From positions 216,275-280,274 of the forward strand of contig CAWHED010000006.1 in the NCBI GenBank assembly GCA_963828395.1: a stretch of DNA of 64,000 bases. The letters are read 5' to 3'. This document shows, one piece after another, positions 1 through 7,887 of the stretch. Source of the stretch: an uncultured Bacteroidales bacterium (lineage in GTDB: Bacteria; Bacteroidota; Bacteroidia; Bacteroidales; VadinHA17). The notes under the pieces were generated by a model that saw nothing but the letters and a program-made list of their open reading frames with translations, was not told the origin of the DNA and did not search any database. The translations under genes and the position numbers were made by a program. Within the stretch, counting starts at the first letter, position 1. Each line of letters begins with the position of its first letter.

Positions 1-2
1 CA

Positions 3-266
3 GTAATTTGGAATAATAAAAGCCTTTTAAAATTGGAAGCTGAGTATTTCAGAAATCACAAGGAACTAAATAATATAGTTTATTTTAATATTGGTTCTTT
101 GGAAGATAAAGAATTTATAAATCTATTAAATGAATTAATTCAAAATATTCAAGCGCACAATTATAAGGGACTTAGGCTTGTTACACAAATATTCGAAGGA
201 GAGACTTATGTCTCAAGTCCTTCAGTTGCCCTTAATCATGGATTGAGGACATTATTTAAACCGTAG
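3..266 (+). CDS. C-terminal part of IroE-like/putative esterase (alpha/beta hydrolase), 5' end outside window
   Basis: Frame open from base 3 (VIWNNKSLLKLEAEYF...YFNIGSLE...IFEGETY...ALNHGLRTLF); matches the typical C-terminus of IroE/BesA-type esterases. Confidence 0.65.
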   Translation, partial: VIWNNKSLLKLEAEYFRNHKELNNIVYFNIGSLEDKEFINLLNELIQNIQAHNYKGLRLVTQIFEGETYVSSPSVALNHGLRTLFKP

Positions 267-295
267 AATTCCTATACAAACCAAAATCCATTCAT

Positions 296-1186
296 ATGAA
301 AATATTTTTTTTGACAACAATGGTTGCAGTATTCATGTTACTCTATTCAAATGGATTACTGGCTCAAACGACTGAAATACAAAATATTCCATTTGCCAAA
401 AAACGATTGGTATATCAAATTCCTGAAATGAAAAGTGTAATTAAAAATAATGGAATAATATATTATTCAGGGAAAGGAATGAATTTAAAAATGGATTTAT
501 ATACTCCGCCAAATATTGACAAAAATAAAAGGCTACCTCTTGTGATACTAATTAATGGCTATCCAGATTCTGTCCCTAAGAATTGGTTTGGCGTAAAGCA
601 AAAGGATTTAGAATTATTTGTATCGTGGTCTGAATTAATTGCCGCTTCTGGAATGATTGCAGTTAAGTATGAATCTGAAAAATCGCCTTTCGAAACTGAT
701 ACGTTAATTAAGTTCCTTCAAAAAAATGCCGAGAAATATAATATTGATTTGGACCGAATAGCAATTTTTGGATGCTCTGCAAATACTTTAACTGCTTTAT
801 CCCTATTGCAGGAATCCAGTAATATGGTTAAGTGTGCAGTTTTTTATTATAGTGCACTATTAACTCCTGACCAGAAGTATTTCAGTGACCTTGACACAGT
901 TTCAAAAGAAACTGGATATTATTGGGCGGATTTAAGAAAAGTACGTAAAATCCCACAAGAAATACCTTTATTCATTGTTAGAGCTGGGAGAGATCAATAT
1001 CAACTCATCAAAGAGACAACGGATTATTTTGTTTCAGAAATTATCAAACTTAACATCCCATTTACATTTATTAATTACGCTGAAGGTCAACATGATTTTG
1101 ATATTCTTGATGATACTCAAACTTCGAGAGAGATTATAAAACAAACTATAAATTTCTTACAAAGTCATTTGCTTAGTTTTGAATAG
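296..1186 (+). CDS. Secreted alpha/beta hydrolase (esterase/lipase-like)
   Basis: Signal peptide; LKMDLYTP..PLVILING, DRIAIFGCSAN nucleophile elbow, PLFIVRAGRD, GQHDFD catalytic His. Confidence 0.8.
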   Translation: MKIFFLTTMVAVFMLLYSNGLLAQTTEIQNIPFAKKRLVYQIPEMKSVIKNNGIIYYSGKGMNLKMDLYTPPNIDKNKRLPLVILINGYPDSVPKNWFGVKQKDLELFVSWSELIAASGMIAVKYESEKSPFETDTLIKFLQKNAEKYNIDLDRIAIFGCSANTLTALSLLQESSNMVKCAVFYYSALLTPDQKYFSDLDTVSKETGYYWADLRKVRKIPQEIPLFIVRAGRDQYQLIKETTDYFVSEIIKLNIPFTFINYAEGQHDFDILDDTQTSREIIKQTINFLQSHLLSFE

Positions 1187-1211
1187 TATAGTAATCAATA
1201 CAGTCAATCAA

Positions 1212-1709
1212 ATGAAAACATTTTGTTTAACAACACTGATAGTTGCCATTCTGTTACTTTGCACAAATGGGATACAGGCACAAACCACTCAAACAAAACT
1301 TGACCAAGTTGAATTAATGCAAGCTTGGGTTGGCACTTGGCAACGTGTTATTGGTAAAGATTCTATTCTGGTCTTAGAGTTCCAACAATATGGAAAGGGG
1401 TTTATACAAGATTTATCTCTTCTTACTAATGGAAATAAATCTATTCAGGGTAAAGCTTGTTATAGCTTTTCTGCAAAAGATGACAAGTTCAAAGTGTTCT
1501 CACTTACGGCTGATGGAAATTACTCAACATATCTTGTTTCTTTTATATCTGAAAAGAAGTGGGTTCAAAATCTGGTTCAAGACTTTAATCCTGAAAAAAC
1601 TCTTTTAAAAGGTGAAGGTGAACTTGTAACTCCAAATATTTATACTTCTACTTGGTTTGATTCAAATGGTGTAAAAACAGCAGAAGGTAAATGGACTAAA
1701 ATTAAATAA
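1212..1709 (+). CDS. Secreted hypothetical protein (beta-rich, lipocalin/DUF1579-like)
   Basis: ATG at 1212 gives a signal peptide ending AQTT; ELMQAWVGTW motif; beta-strand-rich mature part. Confidence 0.65.
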   Translation: MKTFCLTTLIVAILLLCTNGIQAQTTQTKLDQVELMQAWVGTWQRVIGKDSILVLEFQQYGKGFIQDLSLLTNGNKSIQGKACYSFSAKDDKFKVFSLTADGNYSTYLVSFISEKKWVQNLVQDFNPEKTLLKGEGELVTPNIYTSTWFDSNGVKTAEGKWTKIK

Positions 1710-1813
1710 ACAAAAACCTTTTCAGGTTCAAAAAAATGAGCAATCACATTAATTAGGTGGGTATTACGCATGCGTGATGACAGGTCAGACGTGAGGCTCG
1801 CTGAGAAGCAATT

Positions 1814-2497
1814 CTAAAGAGCCCCGTTGTCAGCGAAACTGTAATAATCCTTTCCGGTGACGATCAGGTGGTCAAGCAGCTGTATATCCATCAGCGCACC
1901 GGCCTCTTTTATTTTTTGGGTGATGCGTATGTCAGAGTCACTGGGACTGTTATTCCCCGAGGGGTGATTATGACATATAACCAGTCCTGATGCCAGGGTC
2001 TCTATCGCTTTTTTCATGACAATACGCACGTCCGTCACCGTGCCGCTGACGCCTCCCTGGCTTATCTTCATCCGCCCTGTGACCCTGTTCGCACGGTTGA
2101 GGAACAGTATCCAGAATTCCTCATGGGGCAGGTCTTCCATCAGCGGACTGATTATATTAAAGACATCTGACGACGAGCGTATCTGAGGATTTTCGTTAGC
2201 CTCCGCCATCTTTCGTCGCCGTCCCAGCTCCAGTGAAGCAGCTATTATGACTGCTTTGGCATCGCCCAGACCTCTTATCTTACGTATCTCCCCCGCACTG
2301 AGCCTTCCCAGCTCACCGAGGGAGTTGCCGGCCAGAGCCAGCAGTTCATGTGCCAGGTCAACGGCTGACCTGTTCCTGGTACCTGATCCTATCAGGATAG
2401 CCAGCAGCTCAGCATCGCTGAGGCTTGAGGGCCCCTTGGTCCAGAGCCTCTCACGGGGTCTGTCCTCGACAGCCCAGTCAGTAATTTTCAGTGACAT
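1814..2497 (-). CDS. radC: RadC / JAB-domain DNA repair protein
   Basis: DRPRERL, LSDAELLAILIGSG, HhH motif, HNHPSG..PS..D JAMM motif, LLDHLIV; start taken at MSLKITDW. Confidence 0.95.
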   Translation of the reverse strand: MSLKITDWAVEDRPRERLWTKGPSSLSDAELLAILIGSGTRNRSAVDLAHELLALAGNSLGELGRLSAGEIRKIRGLGDAKAVIIAASLELGRRRKMAEANENPQIRSSSDVFNIISPLMEDLPHEEFWILFLNRANRVTGRMKISQGGVSGTVTDVRIVMKKAIETLASGLVICHNHPSGNNSPSDSDIRITQKIKEAGALMDIQLLDHLIVTGKDYYSFADNGAL

Positions 2498-2527
2498 GCA
2501 GCAAAACGTATTATCCCACTGCAATAT

Positions 2528-2560
2528 AAAAAAAATAGCCGTCACCTGGCGGTGGCGGCT
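2528..2560 (-). terminator. Intrinsic terminator after tRNA-Glu/rpsT
   Basis: Stem AGCCGTCACC/GGTGGCGGCT followed by a T-run on the minus strand. Confidence 0.75.
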
Positions 2561-2582
2561 TAAAAAAAATGTCTTTACTGCC

Positions 2583-2837
2583 TTACTTAAGGCCGGATAC
2601 GTGTTTTGTTATCGAAGACTTGAGGTTTGAAGCTTTATTCTTATGAATAACATTCTTCTTTGCGAGCCTGTCAAGCATGGAATTGAGCTTGGGCAGCAAT
2701 TCACCAGCCTCAGCCTTATCAGTTGTTTTACGCATATTCTTAAGCGCGTTACGCATGGTGCGGGCATGGTACTTGTTACTTTCCTTCTTTCCTTCGGCCT
2801 GTCTTGTAGCCTTCAGTGCTGATCTGTGATTAGCCAT
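2583..2837 (-). CDS. rpsT: 30S ribosomal protein S20
   Basis: MANHRSALK...LDRLAKKNVIHKNKASNLKS signature. Confidence 0.97.
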   Translation of the reverse strand: MANHRSALKATRQAEGKKESNKYHARTMRNALKNMRKTTDKAEAGELLPKLNSMLDRLAKKNVIHKNKASNLKSSITKHVSGLK

Positions 2838-2859
2838 TGTTTCTGTTTATTAAAATGTG

Positions 2860-2931
2860 TAGTCCATAGGGGAATCGAACCCCTGTTACCAGGATGAAAA
2901 CCTGACGTCCTAACCACTAGACGAATGGACC
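2860..2931 (-). tRNA. tRNA-Glu (anticodon TTC), CCA not encoded
   Basis: Minus strand GGTCCATTCGTCTAGTGGTTAGGACGTCAGGTTTTCATCCTGGTAACAGGGGTTCGATTCCCCTATGGACTA folds as a cloverleaf with a GTTCGA T-loop. Confidence 0.97.
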
Positions 2932-3048
2932 TTAAAGAACTTAAAAAAGCGGATGCAAAGATGGTAGCTTTTTTTTGAACTGCAAAATATTTCGCCAAAA
3001 AAGACTTCCCGCCTTGTGTCCGCCATTAAATGGGCGTTTAAATATAAA

Positions 3049-3519
3049 CTAGAAGATGTACCTCACAGAAAGACCTCCGTTCCAATAGAACGGATCCGGT
3101 CCATGTGTCAGCTGTATGGAGGGCCCGACACCGAATGCAAAATTCAGCGGAATATCCTCAAGGGTATACTCAAGACCTATAACACCGTCTATACCGATCA
3201 ATATTCCTGCCGCGTGTTCATCATGGTATGTTTGATTCCAGAATCCGAGATGTGCTCCCGGGCCGACGAACCAGTCAAGGTTGGGCGTCCATCCGGTGGG
3301 GTTCTGCCATTCGTAATATCCGGCGAGTGCTAAATTATTTCCCCAGTAACCTGTACCCAGCAGGAATTCAAGCGCATTGGTCTTCGATATGAAAGTCTTA
3401 AAGGTGACTCCTGTCGGGTCACCCAATCTGAGGCCGATTGCTGATTTGTAACTCTGTGCATGCGCGCCAACAGTGACCGCTCCTAAAATCAACGCAATAA
3501 TCAATGTTTTTTTCATCAT
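3049..3519 (-). CDS. Small outer-membrane beta-barrel protein
   Basis: Signal peptide, AIGLRLG, alternating beta-strand pattern, C-terminal GGLSVRYIF. Confidence 0.8.
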   Translation of the reverse strand: MMKKTLIIALILGAVTVGAHAQSYKSAIGLRLGDPTGVTFKTFISKTNALEFLLGTGYWGNNLALAGYYEWQNPTGWTPNLDWFVGPGAHLGFWNQTYHDEHAAGILIGIDGVIGLEYTLEDIPLNFAFGVGPSIQLTHGPDPFYWNGGLSVRYIF

Positions 3520-3581
3520 GAAAATTTTTAATTAATGAACCACGAAATTAAAAAAAGAGAACATAAAAAACAGACTTTTGT

Positions 3582-4394
3582 TTACTTAAATAGCAACAGG
3601 CTTATCGCCATCACGCCCATGCCTGACACCAGTCCGTAAATTGCAAGGTGATGCTCGCCGTATTTTTCAGCAGCGGGAAGAAGCTCATCAAGAGAGATGA
3701 ACACCATAATCCCTGCTACAAAGGCAAAGAGTCCGCCCATGAGTGCTTCGCTCATTATCGGAAGGAGAATGAGGTAACCTGCCAGCGCACCCAGCGGTTC
3801 GGAAAGGCCGCTCAGAAAAGAGAGCCTGAAGGCTTTGCGCTTGCTTCCGGTGGCATAGTACACTGGCACCGATACGGCAATACCTTCCGGTATGTTGTGG
3901 ATTGCTATTGCCACGGCAATAGCAATACCTATCTGCGGATTGTTAAGTGCTGCGGTAAATGTCGCCAGCCCTTCCGGGAAGTTATGGATACCGATGGCAA
4001 GTGCAGTCATCATGCCCATACGCATAAGCCGGCCGCTCCTTGCCTCATCCTCGCCTCCTTCTAACTTCCTGAGTTCATGAGGATTCTCGTATGAAGGTAT
4101 AAGTCTGTCTATGATGCCGATAATCAAAATGCCTGCAAAAAAAGCCAGCACAGCTATCCACCATCCCTGGCGCATACCCATATTTTTTGTAAGCACCTCA
4201 CGTCCCTGTGCGAAGAGTTCTACAAATGACACATAGATCATCACACCCGCTGAGAAACCAAGACTTATTGTAAGGAATTTGGTGTTGGTTTTCTTTGCAA
4301 AAAAGGCAATGGTGCTGCCTATACCTGTCGAAAGACCGGCAAAAAGGGTAAGCATAAAGGCAATTAATACTGTATGGAGATCGGGATGCATCAC
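3582..4394 (-). CDS. zupT: ZIP-family zinc transporter
   Basis: [14 protein letters not shown] and [13 protein letters not shown] motifs; multiple TM helices. Confidence 0.93.
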   Translation of the reverse strand: MMHPDLHTVLIAFMLTLFAGLSTGIGSTIAFFAKKTNTKFLTISLGFSAGVMIYVSFVELFAQGREVLTKNMGMRQGWWIAVLAFFAGILIIGIIDRLIPSYENPHELRKLEGGEDEARSGRLMRMGMMTALAIGIHNFPEGLATFTAALNNPQIGIAIAVAIAIHNIPEGIAVSVPVYYATGSKRKAFRLSFLSGLSEPLGALAGYLILLPIMSEALMGGLFAFVAGIMVFISLDELLPAAEKYGEHHLAIYGLVSGMGVMAISLLLFK

Positions 4395-5758
4395 TTATTT
4401 ATACTGACAAGTTCTTCGGCAAAACGTTGCACATCTGTACCGTTAAAATCACCGGAGCTCATAAGGAGGAAAACTACACCACTGCCTTCGACAGCCCTGA
4501 CCATATCAAGTAGTTGGAGCGAGTTGTCGGAGACAGTCACAACGCTGCTTCCGAAAGCTTCACTGACGGTTTCTGTCGCAAGAGACGGCAGTTCTTTCAT
4601 GGCGATGGCATGAGGATTAAAATAGATGAAGGCTTTATCGGCACAGGCGAGGGTTCCCCTGTACTGGCCGATGAAACCGGCGCTCAGGCTGCTGTAAGTG
4701 TGTAGTTCAAGCAAAGCCACAATCTTTTTAGAAGGATACTGTTCTTTAACCGCTTCCACAGTGGCCTTTACCTTTGACGGTGCGTGTGCAAAATCGAGAT
4801 AAACAATCCTTCCGTCCTTTGCGGCAAGCAACTGCAGACGCTTTGACGTTCCCGGGAAAGAACCGATGGCAGCATAGAACTGATCTTCAGTAAGGCCCGC
4901 TGCGAGGCAGGCCTCACGTGCGGCACTGAGATTTTGCATATTATGCGCTCCGAAGAAACCTGCCTTCACCATCCTGTTTATTGTCACGGCGTAACATCCT
5001 GTCTTGTTGACCATATAACCGTGAATATCATAGGGTACCTTCCTGATATCAGCACGGCAGTCAGCAGCAATTTTGACCGCTTCCGGATCATTGGCATAAT
5101 AGATCAGAGATCCGCCAGGCATTATAGTCGATGCAAAAATGGAGAACTGTTCACAATAGTTCTCAAAGCTGGGGAAGACGTTCATGTGATCCCACGCTAT
5201 ACCGTTAATGACAGCTATATGTGGTTTGTAAAGATGGAATTTTGGCCTGTGGTCAATAGGCGAGGTAAGATACTCATCACCTTCGATGACAGCTATCCGG
5301 GAATCGCTGCTCAGACCCACCATTGTCTCGTAACCGTCTATCGCTGAACCGACAAGATAGTCGAAAGGTATATTGTTGTGCTTAAATGCGTGCATTATCA
5401 TGGCGGTCGTGGTGGTCTTGCCATGACTGCCGCCAACCACTATCCGTAACTTGTCACTTGTCTGATCATAGATATATTCGGGGAAGGAAACCACATTCAG
5501 TTCCATCTTCTTTGCCGCGAGCAGTTCAGGATTATCTGCACGGGCATGCATCCCAAGGATGACAGTGTCAATATCACCCCTCAGTCTTTCGGGATACCAG
5601 CCATCTTTTTCAGGAAGGATACCTGCAGCGGCAAGCCGCGAACGCGACGGCTCGAAGATCTCATCATCAGAGCCGGTGACATCAAAACCTTTCATCCTGA
5701 GAGCGAGGGCCAGGTTATGCATTACAGCTCCGCCGACGGCTATAAAGTGTACTTTCAT
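4391..5758 (-). CDS. mpl: Murein peptide ligase (UDP-MurNAc:L-Ala-gamma-D-Glu-mDAP ligase)
   Basis: [24 protein letters not shown]-loop, EGDEY, DFAHAP; Mur ligase family, Mpl subtype. Confidence 0.88.
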   Translation of the reverse strand: MKVHFIAVGGAVMHNLALALRMKGFDVTGSDDEIFEPSRSRLAAAGILPEKDGWYPERLRGDIDTVILGMHARADNPELLAAKKMELNVVSFPEYIYDQTSDKLRIVVGGSHGKTTTTAMIMHAFKHNNIPFDYLVGSAIDGYETMVGLSSDSRIAVIEGDEYLTSPIDHRPKFHLYKPHIAVINGIAWDHMNVFPSFENYCEQFSIFASTIMPGGSLIYYANDPEAVKIAADCRADIRKVPYDIHGYMVNKTGCYAVTINRMVKAGFFGAHNMQNLSAAREACLAAGLTEDQFYAAIGSFPGTSKRLQLLAAKDGRIVYLDFAHAPSKVKATVEAVKEQYPSKKIVALLELHTYSSLSAGFIGQYRGTLACADKAFIYFNPHAIAMKELPSLATETVSEAFGSSVVTVSDNSLQLLDMVRAVEGSGVVFLLMSSGDFNGTDVQRFAEELVSINK

Positions 5759-5777
5759 GTTCAAGGATTCCTTCCGG

Positions 5778-5785
5778 CAAAAATA
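5778..5785 (-). promoter_or_regulatory. Bacteroidota -7 promoter element for mpl
   Basis: TATTTTTG on the minus strand about 20 nt upstream of the start; matches TAnnTTTG. Confidence 0.5.
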
Positions 5786-5824
5786 CCAAAATTGGCTATC
5801 TTGCATCTGCTTAAGAATGCATAA

Positions 5825-6664
5825 ATGAAGTTATCTCTCTTTAATATTTCAAATTTCAGGGTGGACGGCGGCGCCATGTTCGGAGTCATCCCCAAAGCCC
5901 TGTGGAGCAGGTCAACCCCTGCCGATGAGAACAATACCATTGTCCTGTCACTTAATTCAATCGTAGCGGAAACTGACGGCCATGTCATACTTGTCGATGC
6001 AGGATGGGGCGATAAACAGGATGAAAAATTCTTTCGTCATGCTCATCTTCATGGCGGCGCCGGGCTTTTAGGTGGCCTGGCCGGCTACGGATACAAGCCA
6101 GAGAATATTACAGATGTTCTTCTGACACACATGCATGCCGATCACTGCGGAGGATGTTTCATCAACGGCCCTGGCGGCAGTCAGTCGCCAGTATTTCCCA
6201 ACGCAAGATACCACGTCAGCCGTGCACAGTGGGAATGGGCCTCTGAGAATAATCCCAGGGAGGAGGATACCTACCTGACCGAAAATTTAAAACCTTTTGG
6301 CGAAAGCGGCAGGCTGAGCCTGATTGAAGACAATGGCGAACGGTGGCCCGGCGTAACCATACGGATATGTTACGGTCATACACCCGGGCTCATAGTGCCG
6401 GAGATCAGGTACAAAGACCGTGTATTTGTCTATACCGGTGACCTTATACCAACTGTTGCACATATACCCCTTCTATGGAACATGGCATACGACCTGCTTC
6501 CGCTGGTAACGATAGCTGAGAAACAGGAGTTGCTGAACGAGGCATTGGAGGGGAACTATATACTCTTATTCCAGCATGACCCGGTGGCTGAGTGCTGCAC
6601 CCTGACTGAAACGCCGAAGGGCATCAGGGCAGGAGTGAAAGGCAGGCTTACGGATTATTTGTGA
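5825..6664 (+). CDS. MBL-fold metallo-hydrolase (YtnP-like)
   Basis: DGGAMFGVIPK, THMHADHCGG metal motif, GHTPG. Confidence 0.9.
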   Translation: MKLSLFNISNFRVDGGAMFGVIPKALWSRSTPADENNTIVLSLNSIVAETDGHVILVDAGWGDKQDEKFFRHAHLHGGAGLLGGLAGYGYKPENITDVLLTHMHADHCGGCFINGPGGSQSPVFPNARYHVSRAQWEWASENNPREEDTYLTENLKPFGESGRLSLIEDNGERWPGVTIRICYGHTPGLIVPEIRYKDRVFVYTGDLIPTVAHIPLLWNMAYDLLPLVTIAEKQELLNEALEGNYILLFQHDPVAECCTLTETPKGIRAGVKGRLTDYL

Positions 6665-7674
6665 CTTGACGATGATGAACCCCTTATAACAAGCTCTGAG
6701 ATAATGACCTTTGTCTGCAGGGGAGCTCTGTAATTCTCGATGCGGTCAAGTAAAAGCTGTGCAGCTATCTGCCCCATCTCATATCCTTTCTGATCTACCG
6801 AAGTTAGTCCGGGATCAGTCAGAGTTGCAATCTGGCTGTTTGTGAAACCGACAACTGCAATATCACCCGGTATCTTTAGTCCATGACGTTTCACTATCAT
6901 CAGTGCCTGTGCTGCCGTCAGATCATTGACAGCAAAGAAGGCATCGGGCATGGGTTTTCTCCTGAGCAGCCCTGGTATTGTATTCTCTGCGCAATCTATG
7001 TCGTCGCATTTAATGATGTCATCCCTTGACGGCGTAAGCCTGTATTCCTTCATCGCCTTCAGGTATCCGCTGAGCCTGTGACGGGCAATGGCAAGCTGAG
7101 GCGGACCGGCAAGGTGTACAATGCGCTTTTTACCTGAACGGAGAAGATGGTTTACAGCTTTGTAAGCCCCTGTCTCATCATCTATAACTACCTTGTCTGT
7201 CTCAATCTCCTCGGCAACGCGGTCAAAGAAAACGAGTGGTATGTTCTTCTCCAGAATACTTCTGTAATGACCAAAGTCTGTGGTGGTCTTGGCTACCGAG
7301 GCGAGGATACCGTCAACGCGGCTTGAAAGAAGAGTCCTGATATTCTTGACCTCGTGCTCCCACATCTCATTGCTCTGACAGAGGATCATATTGTAATCTT
7401 TCCGGTAGACAACATCTTCAATCCCGCTGATCACCGTTGAAAAAAAATAATGCACCACTACGGGAATGATCACACCGATGGTCTTCGAAGACCCGCTCTT
7501 CAGGCTCAGGGCTATAGGGTTAGGCCTGTAGTTCCATCGCTCTGCCAGCTCATTCACAGCGTCGCGCGTGGCTTTGCTTATATCGGGATGATCTTGCAGC
7601 GCTCTTGACACTGTGGAAGGAGATATTCCAAGCTCCCGGGCAATGTCTTTAATTGTAATATTTTCTTTCCCCAT
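6655..7674 (-). CDS. LacI-family transcriptional regulator (MalR-like) of the starch PUL
   Basis: ITIKDIARELGISPSTVSRAL HTH, sugar-binding domain; divergent from susC. Confidence 0.93.
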   Translation of the reverse strand: MGKENITIKDIARELGISPSTVSRALQDHPDISKATRDAVNELAERWNYRPNPIALSLKSGSSKTIGVIIPVVVHYFFSTVISGIEDVVYRKDYNMILCQSNEMWEHEVKNIRTLLSSRVDGILASVAKTTTDFGHYRSILEKNIPLVFFDRVAEEIETDKVVIDDETGAYKAVNHLLRSGKKRIVHLAGPPQLAIARHRLSGYLKAMKEYRLTPSRDDIIKCDDIDCAENTIPGLLRRKPMPDAFFAVNDLTAAQALMIVKRHGLKIPGDIAVVGFTNSQIATLTDPGLTSVDQKGYEMGQIAAQLLLDRIENYRAPLQTKVIISELVIRGSSSSSHK

Positions 7675-7739
7675 ATCTGTCAAAAGTCACCATTGTAAAG
7701 ATAGCAAAATCAATTTGCCAAACTAATGCCTTAAATGAC

Positions 7740-7766
7740 TTCAAACGTTTGCGGTAACGTTTGCGG
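7740..7766. promoter_or_regulatory. Tandem LacI-type operators
   Basis: TTCAAACGTTTGCGG followed by TAACGTTTGCGG: CG-centred AAACGTTT palindromes between lacI and susC. Confidence 0.7.
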
Positions 7767-7887
7767 AAAAAAGCGATGAAAGTGTTGGTTTACTGATTAA
7801 AAAGGACGAATTTTATCAGCCTGACTGAAACAAATCTGATTAAGCAATAATAATTATTCTGTAAACTGTAACTAAACTGATCTATTT

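Noticed and set aside
1814-2497. radC as a mobile-element marker
   Set aside because: Full-length HhH+JAB form next to rpsT with host-like composition, i.e. the chromosomal type
2860-2931. tRNA-Glu as an integration site
   Set aside because: Flanked by ordinary genes; no duplicated tRNA 3' end or integrase in the window
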